A stretch of 64,000 nucleotides of DNA, from positions 96,001 through 160,000 of the forward strand of contig JBMNEZ010000001.1 in assembly GCA_050949045.1 (NCBI GenBank), written 5' to 3'. The DNA comes from Candidatus Izemoplasmatales bacterium. Lineage in GTDB: Bacteria > Bacillota_I > Bacilli_A > Izemoplasmatales > Hujiaoplasmataceae. The notes under the pieces are model-generated. The model was not told where the DNA came from. It ran no database searches and worked only from the letters and a program-made list of their open reading frames with translations. The first letter of the stretch is position 1, and every line of letters starts with the position of its first letter. A program made the position numbers and the translations under genes. Below, one piece after another: positions 1 through 9,683 of this stretch.

Positions 1-691
1 CGACCTGTTCGAAAGGGGAATTGCCCAGGCGAAGCGGTTGGAGATCCCGGTTTTGGTTGAAGAAGCGATCGGGATCGACACTTTTGAAGGTTTTACAATC
101 AGGACTAATGTTCAAGGCCACGATGCACGTGTTGTTTTGCTTGCGACCGGCGCCAACAAGGCTGGATTGAAGGTCAAGGGCTTCTTGGATTATATAGGAA
201 AAGGCATCGCTTTTTGCGCCGTCTGCGACGGCTTTCTCTATCGAAACAAGAAGATTGGCATCGTCGGCACAGGTGATTTTATGATCGAGGAACTCGAAGT
301 ATTAGAAAATTTCAGTGATAGTATCACGATCTTCACCAATGGCGATCCGCTTGAAAAGACGCCAAAACGCCATCAGGTGATCACCGAGAAAATCATAGAA
401 ATCAAAGGCGAGGATACGGTTAAATCCGTGGAAACGACCGCCGGCGAACATGAGGTCGATGTTTTGTTCATCGCGATGGGAACCGCTTCGGCTACCGATT
501 TCGCTCTTCGAATGGGAGCATTTATTAAAAACAACAGCATTGTCGTGGACGAAGACTATATGACGAACATCCCCGGCTTATTTGCGGCCGGCGATTGCAT
601 CGGCGGGCTCAAACAAATCGCCAAGGCAGTCGATGACGGAGCTAAAGCCGCCATCGCCATCAATAAGTATTTGAAAGCTAAATCAACCTAA
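1..691 (+). CDS. trxB: Thioredoxin reductase-like FAD/NAD(P) disulfide oxidoreductase (5' partial)
   Basis: CAVCDG redox motif, LLATGA, TNIPGLFAAGD; frame stays open to the window start (DLFERGIAQAKRL). Confidence 0.85.
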   Translation, partial: DLFERGIAQAKRLEIPVLVEEAIGIDTFEGFTIRTNVQGHDARVVLLATGANKAGLKVKGFLDYIGKGIAFCAVCDGFLYRNKKIGIVGTGDFMIEELEVLENFSDSITIFTNGDPLEKTPKRHQVITEKIIEIKGEDTVKSVETTAGEHEVDVLFIAMGTASATDFALRMGAFIKNNSIVVDEDYMTNIPGLFAAGDCIGGLKQIAKAVDDGAKAAIAINKYLKAKST

Positions 692-716
692 AAATCTGAG
701 CAATCAGATTTTTTTG
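690..716 (+). terminator. Intrinsic terminator
   Basis: aaaaatctga-gcaa-tcagattttttt hairpin plus T-tract right after the stop. Confidence 0.65.
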
Positions 717-799
717 TCATTGGAGCAATCCGGCATCGTGCTACATTTTTGAGATTATTATGGTATAATCCGTATTGCATATGGCAAGGAGGGATTCTG

Positions 800-1081
800 A
801 TGGAAGAACTGATATCATATCGTGAAGAAATTGATGTGATCGACAAACAAATTCTCGCGCTCTTTTCTAGAAGAATGGCAGTTGTCGGCAAGATCGCCGG
901 TTACAAGATGAAAAAGGATATGATCGTCTACAATCAAACAAGGGAAGATGAAGTCGTGAACAAGAATATGGATAACTGCAAAAACGAAGAATTGAAGCCC
1001 TACTATCAGGAAGTCCTCGAGACAATCCTTCGGGTTTCGAAAGAATACCAAAAACAGATTATCTTAAGGAACACTATATGA
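800..1081 (+). CDS. Chorismate mutase (AroQ/type II)
   Basis: REEIDVIDKQILALFSRRM..K..RE motif; ATG at 800 after AGGAGG RBS. Confidence 0.85.
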   Translation: MEELISYREEIDVIDKQILALFSRRMAVVGKIAGYKMKKDMIVYNQTREDEVVNKNMDNCKNEELKPYYQEVLETILRVSKEYQKQIILRNTI

Positions 1082-2091
1082 GAATTATCGATCTTCGAAG
1101 CGACACGGTGACCAAACCGACCAAAGCGATGTATGAAGCGATTTTGGAAGCCGAAGTCGGCGACGATGTCTTCCAAGACGATCCGGAAACCAACAGACTC
1201 GAAGCGTTGTGCGCCGCCAAACTTGGGAAAGAGGCAGCGCTGTTTGTACCTTCGGGGACATTTTCAAACCAATTGGCAATCTTTACCCATTGCCTTCAAG
1301 GAGAAGAGGTCATTCTCGATCAAAACTCCCATATCGTCCAGCACGAATCTGGTGCTTCGGCCATCATTGCCGGAGTACAACTTTTCACGCTCCAAGGCGA
1401 TGTTGGGATGTGGGACTTGAATCAATTCGGCAAGGTCATTAAGGAGCGGACGATCTCAACGACCAGAACAAGACTGGTGTGTCTGGAAAACGCCTTCGGC
1501 GGCCGGGCTTTGTCACTGGATTATCTTCATGACGTGGCAAGGATTGCGAGAGCCGGAGGCTTGAAGATTCATTTGGACGGTGCGCGAATCTTCAATGCGG
1601 CGGTAGCTTTGGAAACGAACGCCAAAGCGATCGCTGAAGTAGCGGATTCCGTCAGTGTATGTCTTTCCAAGGGACTTGGGGCTCCGATCGGGACGCTACT
1701 CGTCGGAAGCACTGAATTCATCCGGGAAGCCCGGTTAAAACGGAAGCTGATGGGCGGCGGCATGCGACAGGTCGGCATCTTGGCGGCTTGCGGTAAAATC
1801 GCGCTCGAAACAATGCCTCTTCGTTTGAAAATCGACCATGATAATGCCCGATACATGGAATCTTTATTGCGCCAGATCCCGGGTTTAATGATAGATGAGC
1901 GCCAAAGAGACATCAACATGGTTTTCTTTGATATCGATGATGAACGCAAACTGGGGTTGGAAGCCTTTTTGGCAAAACACGGAGTCAAGACACTAGGATA
2001 CGAAAACGGCTTCCGCTTCGTCACGCATTATGATGTTGATCAAGCCGATATCAAAACGGCGATCGATTTGGTCGCAGCGTATTTTTCTTGA
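1078..2091 (+). CDS. ltaE: Low-specificity L-threonine aldolase
   Basis: IDLRSDTVTKPT, HLDGARIFNA, CLSKGLGAPIG (PLP lysine). Confidence 0.93.
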   Translation: MRIIDLRSDTVTKPTKAMYEAILEAEVGDDVFQDDPETNRLEALCAAKLGKEAALFVPSGTFSNQLAIFTHCLQGEEVILDQNSHIVQHESGASAIIAGVQLFTLQGDVGMWDLNQFGKVIKERTISTTRTRLVCLENAFGGRALSLDYLHDVARIARAGGLKIHLDGARIFNAAVALETNAKAIAEVADSVSVCLSKGLGAPIGTLLVGSTEFIREARLKRKLMGGGMRQVGILAACGKIALETMPLRLKIDHDNARYMESLLRQIPGLMIDERQRDINMVFFDIDDERKLGLEAFLAKHGVKTLGYENGFRFVTHYDVDQADIKTAIDLVAAYFS

Positions 2092-2108
2092 AACTATTAA
2101 TCAATGAT

Positions 2109-2142
2109 GACCGTCCTTTTATTACAATGGCGGTCCTTTTTT
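2109..2142 (+). terminator. Intrinsic terminator
   Basis: gaccgtc...ggcggtc stem followed by T-tract. Confidence 0.5.
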
Positions 2143-2305
2143 AAATGAGGCGATGTTGAATTGACTTGGCAGAAGCCATGGATCATGGACTAGTAAAATT
2201 TATTATTTCCGATTGGAAAATGGCGATTTCTCATGGAAGAGAAACACCGCATTCATATTCCATAATTATAGCAGGAAAAGATGATGTTGCCATTTAAAAA
2301 CGGAG

Positions 2306-2333
2306 TTGCTTATTTAATGAATAATGTTATAAT
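2306..2333 (+). promoter_or_regulatory. Sigma-A-like promoter for rnf operon
   Basis: TTGCTT, 16 bp, TATAAT with extended TG. Confidence 0.5.
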
Positions 2334-2384
2334 ATCATGGGGTAATAGAGACAAAAAAAACACCATGATCAAGGGAGGAACAAT

Positions 2385-3689
2385 GTGATGCTGTTACGAA
2401 GAATCAAAGGGATTCGAATCGAAGGGAAAAAGGCGATGTCCTGCTCTGCACTTTTACAGGATTATTTGGACCCTCCCGTTGTCGCTATTCCTCTGCTTCA
2501 AGGTAGCGCCCCTTTGAAGCCGGCAGTCGAAATAGGATCTTCCGTCAAGATCGGCGATATCATCGCGTATCGTGAAGGTTTAGGGGCCATGCCGATTCAC
2601 GCTTCCATCGCCGGGAAAGTGACGGCGATCAAGAAAGTTTGGCATGCCTGCGGCCGCATGGTCGAAGCATTGGAGATTGAAAACGATCATAGTGGAGCTC
2701 TCTCAGATTCTATCAAGCCGGAAATCGATCCAGAAGGCTTGGATAAAGATGCGCTGATCAAAAAAATGATCGATGCGGGCCTTGCCGGACTCGGCGGAGC
2801 CGGTTTTCCAACCTATGTCAAATATCAATCCGGATGCCCAATTGATACGATTATCATCAACGCCATTGAATGCGAACCGTATCTTACTTGTGATTATCTC
2901 TTGTCGGTCAGACATCCGGAAAAATTGGTGAAGGGTCTACACTACTTCATGAAAGCCGCCGGAGCCGAAAAGGGAGTCATCGCCTATAAAGGCTACAATC
3001 AGGCGGTCGAAGAAGCAATCAAGCCTTATCTCGAAAAGTATCCGGGAATTACCGCATTCCCCTTTAAAGATGTCTATCCGGCAGGTTGGCAAAAATATTT
3101 AACTGAAGCCATAACCGGAAAAACCTATTCTAAACTCCCCTCGGAAGCGGGCGCCATCGTAAACAACTCCGGTACGGCAATCGCTTTTGCGGATATGGTT
3201 GAAAACAATATTCCATTAATTGCCAGAAGTATCACCATCACCGGCGAGGGCATAACCAATCCGCAGAACTTCTATGTGCCGCTCGGGACGAAAGTGGCTG
3301 ATCTCGTTAAGCTTTGCGGTGGATACCGTGAAGGACTGGATCCGAAATATGCTTGGTATATCGCCGGTGGTCCGATGACCGGTCGGGCAATCTTGATCGA
3401 CGATCTTGTTGTGAGTGAAACATTGGGAGCCGTTGTTGTGATCCCAATGCCGAAAGAGAAACTGCATCCCGAATGCTTGGGTTGCGGGAAATGCGCGGAT
3501 GCCTGTCCGGCATTTCTTACCCCAACAGAAATCAAACGGGCAGCCGACATGAAAGACAAGGCGGCACTTATACAACTTCAAGCCGACAAATGCATCGCCT
3601 GCGGTCTTTGTTCATATGTCTGTCCGTCACATATTGAAATCACCGATGCCGTAGTCAAGGCCCGGGATTCTCTGAAGAAAGGAGCATAG
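2385..3689 (+). CDS. rnfC: Rnf complex subunit C
   Basis: GLGGAGFPTYVK, NAIECEPYLTCD, GGPMTG, two CxxCxxCxxxCP 4Fe-4S motifs. Confidence 0.93.
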   Translation: MMLLRRIKGIRIEGKKAMSCSALLQDYLDPPVVAIPLLQGSAPLKPAVEIGSSVKIGDIIAYREGLGAMPIHASIAGKVTAIKKVWHACGRMVEALEIENDHSGALSDSIKPEIDPEGLDKDALIKKMIDAGLAGLGGAGFPTYVKYQSGCPIDTIIINAIECEPYLTCDYLLSVRHPEKLVKGLHYFMKAAGAEKGVIAYKGYNQAVEEAIKPYLEKYPGITAFPFKDVYPAGWQKYLTEAITGKTYSKLPSEAGAIVNNSGTAIAFADMVENNIPLIARSITITGEGITNPQNFYVPLGTKVADLVKLCGGYREGLDPKYAWYIAGGPMTGRAILIDDLVVSETLGAVVVIPMPKEKLHPECLGCGKCADACPAFLTPTEIKRAADMKDKAALIQLQADKCIACGLCSYVCPSHIEITDAVVKARDSLKKGA

Positions 3690-3694
3690 GAAGA

Positions 3695-4885
3695 ATGGCC
3701 AGGTTTGCAAGCGGGAAAGCCCCGTTTCTGAGAATATCGGATCAACCTAATCAAGGGACCGGCATCATCATGCGTGATTTCATGATTGGTCTTATACCCG
3801 TCATTTTGTTTTCTTGGTACAAGAATGGTATTCAAGTGATGATTGACGGCAACATCGGCTTCTTGGAAATGCTCTATCCGCTCATCTTTATCATGTTGGG
3901 CGGTCTCTTGTCCACGGTCATGGAAGGGATCGTCTTTTACATCATCGATCCCGATTCAAGAAGTTTTAAAGGAATCTTGGAAAAACTCAGTACCTCGTAT
4001 GCGCTGATTCCCGGTGTTTTGCTTGCGATGATTTTACCGCTGTATACGCCGATCTGGGTCTTGATCTTTGGATGTTTCATGGGAACAGTCGTTGCGAAAA
4101 TGCTATTTGGCGGATTCGGGCACAATATCTTCAATCCGGCCTTGATCGGCTATCTGACGATTGCGGTGACCTTGACCGGTGTTATTAACGCCGCCGGAGG
4201 CGTCTTCAATGCCTCGGAAGTGCTCGTCGATGCCTATGCCGGCGCCACGCCGCTCACCTTGTTGTCCCGGATCAAGGAACTTGATTATGACAAACTGGTG
4301 GCTCCTTATGGAACTTTATGGAATTTCTTCCTCGGAATGATTCCGGGAGCACTGGCGGAAACCGGTGTCTTGGCAATTCTTATAAGTTATGCTTGGCTCG
4401 TTGCCCGGAAAGTCATCAAGTGGTTCACTCCGCTGGCCTATGTGGGAACTGTTTTTGTCATTTCATGGTTCATCGGCATCGCCGCTGGCGAAGCCGGAAT
4501 CTGGTTCCCGTTGTACAGCATCCTCTCCGGCGGCTTGATGTTCGGGGCCGTTTTCATGGCGACCGAACCGGTGACCACTCCGAAAAATCCGCTCGGGAAA
4601 TTGGTGTTTGCGTTGTTCTTGGGAGTGTTAACCGTGCTGTTCCGCTATGTCAGCGACTTGCCGGAAGGCGTGGCAACCTCGATCGTTTTCTTGAACATCT
4701 TCACTTTGCCCATTGATAATTGGACAGCCGTTTTGCGAGCCCAAGGGCTCAAAAAACAAACCGCAGTCAAAGCGGTCGTCCTCATATTGCTTTTTGTCCT
4801 TTTAATGGTCTACGCCATCTTGAAGGCCGGTTCAATGTATACCGCCTTAATTCGATTACCGAACTTGATCGGGAGGTGGTTCTGA
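3695..4885 (+). CDS. rnfD: Rnf complex subunit D
   Basis: FGGFGHNIFNPA, AGATPL flavinylation site, FMATEPVTTP; polytopic membrane protein. Confidence 0.92.
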   Translation: MARFASGKAPFLRISDQPNQGTGIIMRDFMIGLIPVILFSWYKNGIQVMIDGNIGFLEMLYPLIFIMLGGLLSTVMEGIVFYIIDPDSRSFKGILEKLSTSYALIPGVLLAMILPLYTPIWVLIFGCFMGTVVAKMLFGGFGHNIFNPALIGYLTIAVTLTGVINAAGGVFNASEVLVDAYAGATPLTLLSRIKELDYDKLVAPYGTLWNFFLGMIPGALAETGVLAILISYAWLVARKVIKWFTPLAYVGTVFVISWFIGIAAGEAGIWFPLYSILSGGLMFGAVFMATEPVTTPKNPLGKLVFALFLGVLTVLFRYVSDLPEGVATSIVFLNIFTLPIDNWTAVLRAQGLKKQTAVKAVVLILLFVLLMVYAILKAGSMYTALIRLPNLIGRWF

Positions 4886-6051
4886 TGAAAGCCTTCTTTG
4901 AGAAACATGGATTGACCCTGACGCTCGTTGCCGTTTTTGTGGTTATTTTTGCGCTTGGCGGCGTCTATAGCCGTTTCATGACAAATGAACTCAAAGAACA
5001 TATTGAAGAAAACGCCACCGGAGCCGAATATGAAAGATACCTCGCTTTGTTTCCCGGGGCCGATACCGTGACACCCTTCACGGCGGCCTCCGTCGCAAAA
5101 ACGTATCCCTTGTCCGGCGGACGCGGTGATTTTACCCCTTCGATAGTCAAGGCCTTAAAAATTCTTCAGGGATCAACGGAAAAAGGGGTCGTCTATGTAA
5201 TCGATACCCGTGGGAAAGAAGTGATGACGGTTGCCGTTGGCATTTCGAGTGAAACCGATGCCTGTGTCGGCATTGAGGTTTTGGCCCAAAATGAGACGCC
5301 GGGATATTATGTTCAATTAAGAAATGTTTTCTTCAGCTAATTCGATGCCAAAGATCTTGCCGATCTCGCGCTTTCAGTCGACAGCGTTGCCGGAGTAACT
5401 TACTCCAGTAAGGGTTTTGAAATAGCCTTGCTCTATGCTCGGGAGGTCTATGCTCTGGATTTTGATTTCGAAATTCCCACTGTCGCCATGACGCTCGTAG
5501 GTCTGGATTATAACTTTGACCCCTTGACTTTCATCGCCTCGCCCTATATCGCCAATGTCCTTTATGGCGATAATGATACCGAAGCCGCGATTTTGTTATC
5601 ACCCAGTTTTGATTATGTTGGACTTGTAGGTGGCGGAACTGATTTGGAAGAGGATTTCCAAACAGCGGTCAAAGCGCTGGCGCAAGGCGACGGATCGCTC
5701 AATACCCAAGCCTACTTTGAAAGTTTTGATAACGATACCAAAACCTTGGTCATGCGGACTAAAGGCTATATTTCCAATGCAATCAAAGCGACGATTGTGT
5801 TGAGCGAATCGTTGGATACCGTAGTGTCGATATCATTCTTGTCTCATGAAACCTATGCGCAACACGGTGGTTATGGTGATTATGTCGGCGCCCCGGCCCC
5901 GGCAGTCGAAAACAATCTCGCCAATCAATACTTGGCTGACGGCGATCCCAATGTCGATGGCGTGGCGGGCGCAACCGTCTCCTCCAATGCCGTTAGGTCT
6001 CTGCTTCAATTATTGGATGGCTTCGTCGAAGCTCAAAACGGAGGCGAATAA
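4885..6051 (+). pseudogene. RnfG-like protein with two FMN-binding domains, interrupted by in-frame TAA at 5338-5340
   Basis: ORFs 4885-5340 and 5428-6051 are in the same frame; the gap reads FDAKDLADLALSVDSVAGVTYSSKGFEIA with no other stop; N-terminal TM, QNETPGY, second motif DGVAGATVSS. Confidence 0.8.
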
Positions 6052-6052
6052 T

Positions 6053-6613
6053 ATGAAAAAAGCTCTGTCTTCTGCCATTGTTCTCTTGGTATTGGGCGTT
6101 GTCTGCGGTTCGATCTTGGCCCTCGTCAACTCGATTACCGCTCCGGTGATCGCTCAAAATGAATTGAATAAAAAAATGGAAGCCCTAGAGGCGTTTTTCG
6201 ATGATGAACTGGCCCTCAATCAAAAAATAGCCGATGTTTTCGATGTTGAAGAAGTTGCAGGTTCCGGCGGTGTCAAGGCAATATACCTATTGGAACACAA
6301 AACAACCAAAGCCAAAAGCGCCGTCTACAACGTCAGCGCCTTGGGATGGAAAACCAATGTCGAAATGATGATTGCCGTGGATGAAGATTTGACACTCCGC
6401 GGGTATGCTTTCGTGACAAACGGCGGCACTGAAGGCATCGGGCTCACGATGATCGGTGCCACGCTCAATTTGGCTGACAACATCCCGATTGCCGATGCCG
6501 TCATCGATTATGATGCCGTCGGCGGAGTTTCGGCTCCGGTGACCGGAAAAGGCGTCAAAGACTGTTTCCGACTCGTTGCCCAGCGGGCAGCTGCTGATTT
6601 GGGGGGTGAATGA
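6053..6613 (+). CDS. rnfG: RnfG-like FMN-binding subunit (second copy)
   Basis: N-terminal TM ending LALVNSITAPVI typical of RnfG; degenerate motif DAVGGVS; lies between rnfD and rnfE. Confidence 0.75.
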   Translation: MKKALSSAIVLLVLGVVCGSILALVNSITAPVIAQNELNKKMEALEAFFDDELALNQKIADVFDVEEVAGSGGVKAIYLLEHKTTKAKSAVYNVSALGWKTNVEMMIAVDEDLTLRGYAFVTNGGTEGIGLTMIGATLNLADNIPIADAVIDYDAVGGVSAPVTGKGVKDCFRLVAQRAAADLGGE

Positions 6614-6614
6614 G

Positions 6615-7289
6615 ATGACCGTCAAGGAAAATTTTCTTAAAGGTTTCGTCAAGGAAAATCCGTTGTTGGTTCAGGTTTTGGGACTGTGTCCGGCATTGGC
6701 CGTGACGACCAAGGTCGAAAACGCCATCGGGATGGGGTTTGCGGTCTTCTTTGTTTTGGTCTTATCCAATTTGCTCGTGTCGCTCGTGACTTTTCGCCCG
6801 AAGTTGAGGGAACTGGTCATGCCGGTGCGGATTCCGGTATACATCGTCTTGATCGCATCGCTTGTCGTGATTGTGGAGATGCTGATGAAAGCCTTCTTGC
6901 CGGAACTATTCCAATCGTTGGGAATCTTCATTCCCTTGATCGTGGTCAACTGTATCATCTTCGGCCGCGCCGAAGCTTATGCCGGCGATCACAAGCCCGG
7001 CGAAGCGATTGTCGATGGCGCGGGGATGGCGATTGGCTTTACCTTGGCAATCATGATCATCAGTTTGTTGAGAGAAGTATTGGGCGCCGGGAAGATCACG
7101 ATTTGGAAAGCGGCTGTTTTCGATCTCACTGGCCTTTATGATTTTCTGGGAATCGAACCGATCGGGATGTTTCTAAGGCCGGAAGGGGCCTTCATCACTA
7201 TGGGATTTCTCCTAGCGGCCGTAGCGGCGATCCAAAACTGGATCAATGCGAAAAAAACCGCAAAAGCGGATAGGGGAGGAAAACAATAA
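6615..7289 (+). CDS. rnfE: Rnf complex subunit E
   Basis: ENPLLVQVLGLCPALAVT, VRIPVYI, LGIFIPLIVVNCIIFGRAEAYA. Confidence 0.93.
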   Translation: MTVKENFLKGFVKENPLLVQVLGLCPALAVTTKVENAIGMGFAVFFVLVLSNLLVSLVTFRPKLRELVMPVRIPVYIVLIASLVVIVEMLMKAFLPELFQSLGIFIPLIVVNCIIFGRAEAYAGDHKPGEAIVDGAGMAIGFTLAIMIISLLREVLGAGKITIWKAAVFDLTGLYDFLGIEPIGMFLRPEGAFITMGFLLAAVAAIQNWINAKKTAKADRGGKQ

Positions 7290-7870
7290 TGTCCGGTCAA
7301 TCGTTACTTGTCATCGCCTTTACCGCCTTTTTCATTCAAAACGTGCTTCTCAACCAGTTCTTGGGGATTTGTTCTTTCATCGGGGTCGGGCAAAAACGGA
7401 GTTCAGCGTTCGGAATGGGGCTTGCGGTCATAGTCGTCATCGTCTTGGCCAGCATCGTCACCTTCGCGATCTACAATTATCTGATGTATCCCTTGCATCT
7501 CGAGTTCATGCGGACGATCTTCTTTATTCTGGTAATCGCGGCTTTGGTTCAGATGATTGAAACCATCATCAAACGATTTTCTCCAGCTCTCTACAAAGCC
7601 TTGGGAATCTATCTCCCGCTTATCACCACGAACTGCGCGGTTTTAGGAGTCGCTCTCACAAACATCAACGAAGGCTTCACCTTTGTCGAAATGCTCGTGT
7701 ATTCCACGGCGACCGCCTTTGGCTACCTCTTTGTCATGTATATCTATGCCATCATCCGGGAACGTGTCAGTTTGTCTCCGGTGCCGAAAGCCTTCCGCGG
7801 TATCCCGATCGCGATGATCATCGCAGCGATCCTTGCCATGATTTTTTCACGGTTTGGAGGGTTGATTTAA
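7289..7870 (+). CDS. rnfA: Rnf complex subunit A
   Basis: NVLLNQFLGICSFIG, LGIYLPLITTNCAVLG, VPKAFRGIPIA. Confidence 0.93.
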   Translation: MSGQSLLVIAFTAFFIQNVLLNQFLGICSFIGVGQKRSSAFGMGLAVIVVIVLASIVTFAIYNYLMYPLHLEFMRTIFFILVIAALVQMIETIIKRFSPALYKALGIYLPLITTNCAVLGVALTNINEGFTFVEMLVYSTATAFGYLFVMYIYAIIRERVSLSPVPKAFRGIPIAMIIAAILAMIFSRFGGLI

Positions 7871-7871
7871 G

Positions 7872-8162
7872 ATGCAAATCTTGATTGCGGCCGCCATACT
7901 CGGTGGATTAGGGTTCGTATTGGGATTGCTGATCTTTTTAGTTGAAAAGTATTTCGGTGTCGAAGTGGATTTGTCGGTCCGAGAAGTGGAAGAAATGTTG
8001 CCGGGAGTCAATTGCGGTTCCTGCGGTTTTGCGGGATGCCAAGAAATGGCTGTGGCGCTTTTGGAAAAAAACGCGGTTCCTAAGCAATGCAAGCCCTTGA
8101 GACAAGAAAAAGTTGTCGCTTTACAGGCGTATTTGGATGAATATTTCAAGAATAAACAATAA
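7872..8162 (+). CDS. rnfB: Short RnfB-like protein (TM + single FeS domain)
   Basis: N-terminal TM, LPGVNCGSCGFAGC...C; no ferredoxin domains follow. Confidence 0.8.
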   Translation: MQILIAAAILGGLGFVLGLLIFLVEKYFGVEVDLSVREVEEMLPGVNCGSCGFAGCQEMAVALLEKNAVPKQCKPLRQEKVVALQAYLDEYFKNKQ

Positions 8163-8179
8163 ACATATCAATCGTAAAA

Positions 8180-8207
8180 TGCCCTCGTCGCTGATGAGGG
8201 TTTTTTA
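8180..8207 (+). terminator. Intrinsic terminator of rnf operon
   Basis: gccctcgtc-gct-gatgagggt plus T-tract. Confidence 0.65.
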
Positions 8208-8240
8208 TGGAGTTAAAATGATTTTGCCGTCATGATTTTG

Positions 8241-8269
8241 TTGCAATATTCATTCATTCAGGTTATAAT
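8241..8269 (+). promoter_or_regulatory. Sigma-A-like promoter
   Basis: TTGCAA-17bp-TATAAT. Confidence 0.6.
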
Positions 8270-8308
8270 AGACAACTAGAGAACAATTAACATTATTAGG
8301 AGGAAATA

Positions 8309-9310
8309 ATGAAAAAGATTGGCTTATTACTTCTAGTTTTAATAGCATCCCTTGCTTTAACTGGATGCAAGACAAGTGAATTCAAAGTGGACGGAGAATT
8401 CACTGCTTTCGAAGCATCCGTGTATTCCAATGCGCCAATGGTGACCATGGTGACTGTGAAGATTGAAAAGGGCGAAATCGTGGATTTCACGATCGATTGT
8501 ATCCAAGGAAAACGGACCGAAACGGATGGAACCTATTCCTTTGCATTTAATGCAGAGTCGAAACGCGATCTCGGTTTCAATTACAAAATGCACTATTATA
8601 CGTACGCTGCAACAGACGACACCCCAACAATGGAAGAGTATCAGACTTGGTTGACGACCAATAACAGAAAAGAATGGTTCCAACAAGCCGACCTGATTGA
8701 AGCAGCTTGGTTGGCGAACGGCTATGATTCTGTGACGAAAAACACCGATGACAAATCGCCAGATTATGAAAGAATCGATAACGTAGCCGGAGTCACCATT
8801 AAAGACGGCGGTTATATCGAATTGGCAGCGGCAGCTGTCGAACTAGCCAAAAAAGGCAAGTTCCAAGCTTTGATCGCCACCAAAACTGACATCTATTTCG
8901 CATCGATGGTTGTCTCCCCAAAAGGCAAAGTTAGCGAACTAGTCATCGACACCCTGCAAGCGGCTCCTTCCGGAGCGGATTTTGCTTGGAAAGCCAAGAC
9001 GAAACAGGAGCTTGGAGATGAGTATGGGATGAAGGGCATAGGCCAAGCTTACACCTTTGCGGATGGTGTTTGGACCAAAAGCGCTACGGAAAAAGCATCG
9101 CTCGAATGGTACGAACAAGTCGCTTTGATCAGCGATTACGTGCTTGAGAACGGCTGGGATGCTAATCTTCAGGCAGTTGGCGGACGCGGTGGCTCCTTGA
9201 ATGGAACGACATTGCTCGACGATCTCGCCGGTGTGACAGTTCTTTCACAGACTTATTTCGATGTTCTCGAAAAATTGTTTGCTTGTCCCGCTAAAGGCGA
9301 AGTCAAGTAA
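8309..9310 (+). CDS. Lipoprotein with duplicated FMN-binding-like domain
   Basis: Lipobox LTGC; internal duplication (EWFQQADLI/EWYEQVALI; DNVAGVT/DDLAGVT). Confidence 0.7.
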   Translation: MKKIGLLLLVLIASLALTGCKTSEFKVDGEFTAFEASVYSNAPMVTMVTVKIEKGEIVDFTIDCIQGKRTETDGTYSFAFNAESKRDLGFNYKMHYYTYAATDDTPTMEEYQTWLTTNNRKEWFQQADLIEAAWLANGYDSVTKNTDDKSPDYERIDNVAGVTIKDGGYIELAAAAVELAKKGKFQALIATKTDIYFASMVVSPKGKVSELVIDTLQAAPSGADFAWKAKTKQELGDEYGMKGIGQAYTFADGVWTKSATEKASLEWYEQVALISDYVLENGWDANLQAVGGRGGSLNGTTLLDDLAGVTVLSQTYFDVLEKLFACPAKGEVK

Positions 9311-9331
9311 GATCGCGATAACTAAAGAATC

Positions 9332-9360
9332 AAGTTGCCTGTAAGGGCAACTTTTTCTTT
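9332..9360 (+). terminator. Intrinsic terminator
   Basis: aagttgcct-gtaa-gggcaactt plus T-tract. Confidence 0.75.
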
Positions 9361-9530
9361 GGGATAAAAATGAATCTTGTCATAATAGAACGGATTCGGT
9401 ATTGAGATTGCGATAGTGTGAAGGACCGCTTCTGAAAATCGGGATTCTCTTGGATTGCAGAAGCGTACCTGATTTGATATGTGCGCTTCCAAGAGTTGGC
9501 CGATTTTTTGCTTTCATCGAATTATTATGA

Positions 9531-9559
9531 TTTACAAAACCAATTATTTCAAGTAAAAT
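9531..9559 (+). promoter_or_regulatory. Promoter of tRNA-Lys
   Basis: TTTACA-17bp-TAAAAT just upstream of the tRNA. Confidence 0.55.
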
Positions 9560-9570
9560 ACTAGTTGTAT

Positions 9571-9646
9571 GCGCCATTAGCTCAGTCGGTAGAGCAAATG
9601 ACTCTTAATCATTGGGTCCTGGGTTCGAGTCCCTGATGGCGCACCA
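9571..9646 (+). tRNA. tRNA-Lys (anticodon CTT)
   Basis: 76 nt; acceptor GCGCCAT/ATGGCGC + ACCA, D-arm GCTCAGTCGGTAGAGC, anticodon arm AATGA-CTCTTAA-TCATT, GGTTCGAGTCC T-arm. Confidence 0.97.
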
Positions 9647-9648
9647 AG

Positions 9649-9683
9649 ATGATGATAAAGCCCTTCCGATCATGGAGGGCTTT
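9649..9683 (+). repeat. 35-bp direct repeat copy 1 (includes tRNA terminator hairpin)
   Basis: atgatgataaagcccttccgatcatggagggcttt; 3 mismatches to 21660-21694. Confidence 0.85.

Noticed and set aside
5338..5340. Selenocysteine or pyrrolysine recoding of the internal stop
   Set aside because: The codon is TAA, not TGA or TAG; a point mutation or sequencing error is simpler.
1078..6613. Genetic code 4 (TGA=Trp), given the Mollicutes-like gene content
   Set aside because: ltaE, rnfD and rnfG end at TGA exactly where the next gene or a terminator begins, and the long ORFs are intact under code 11.
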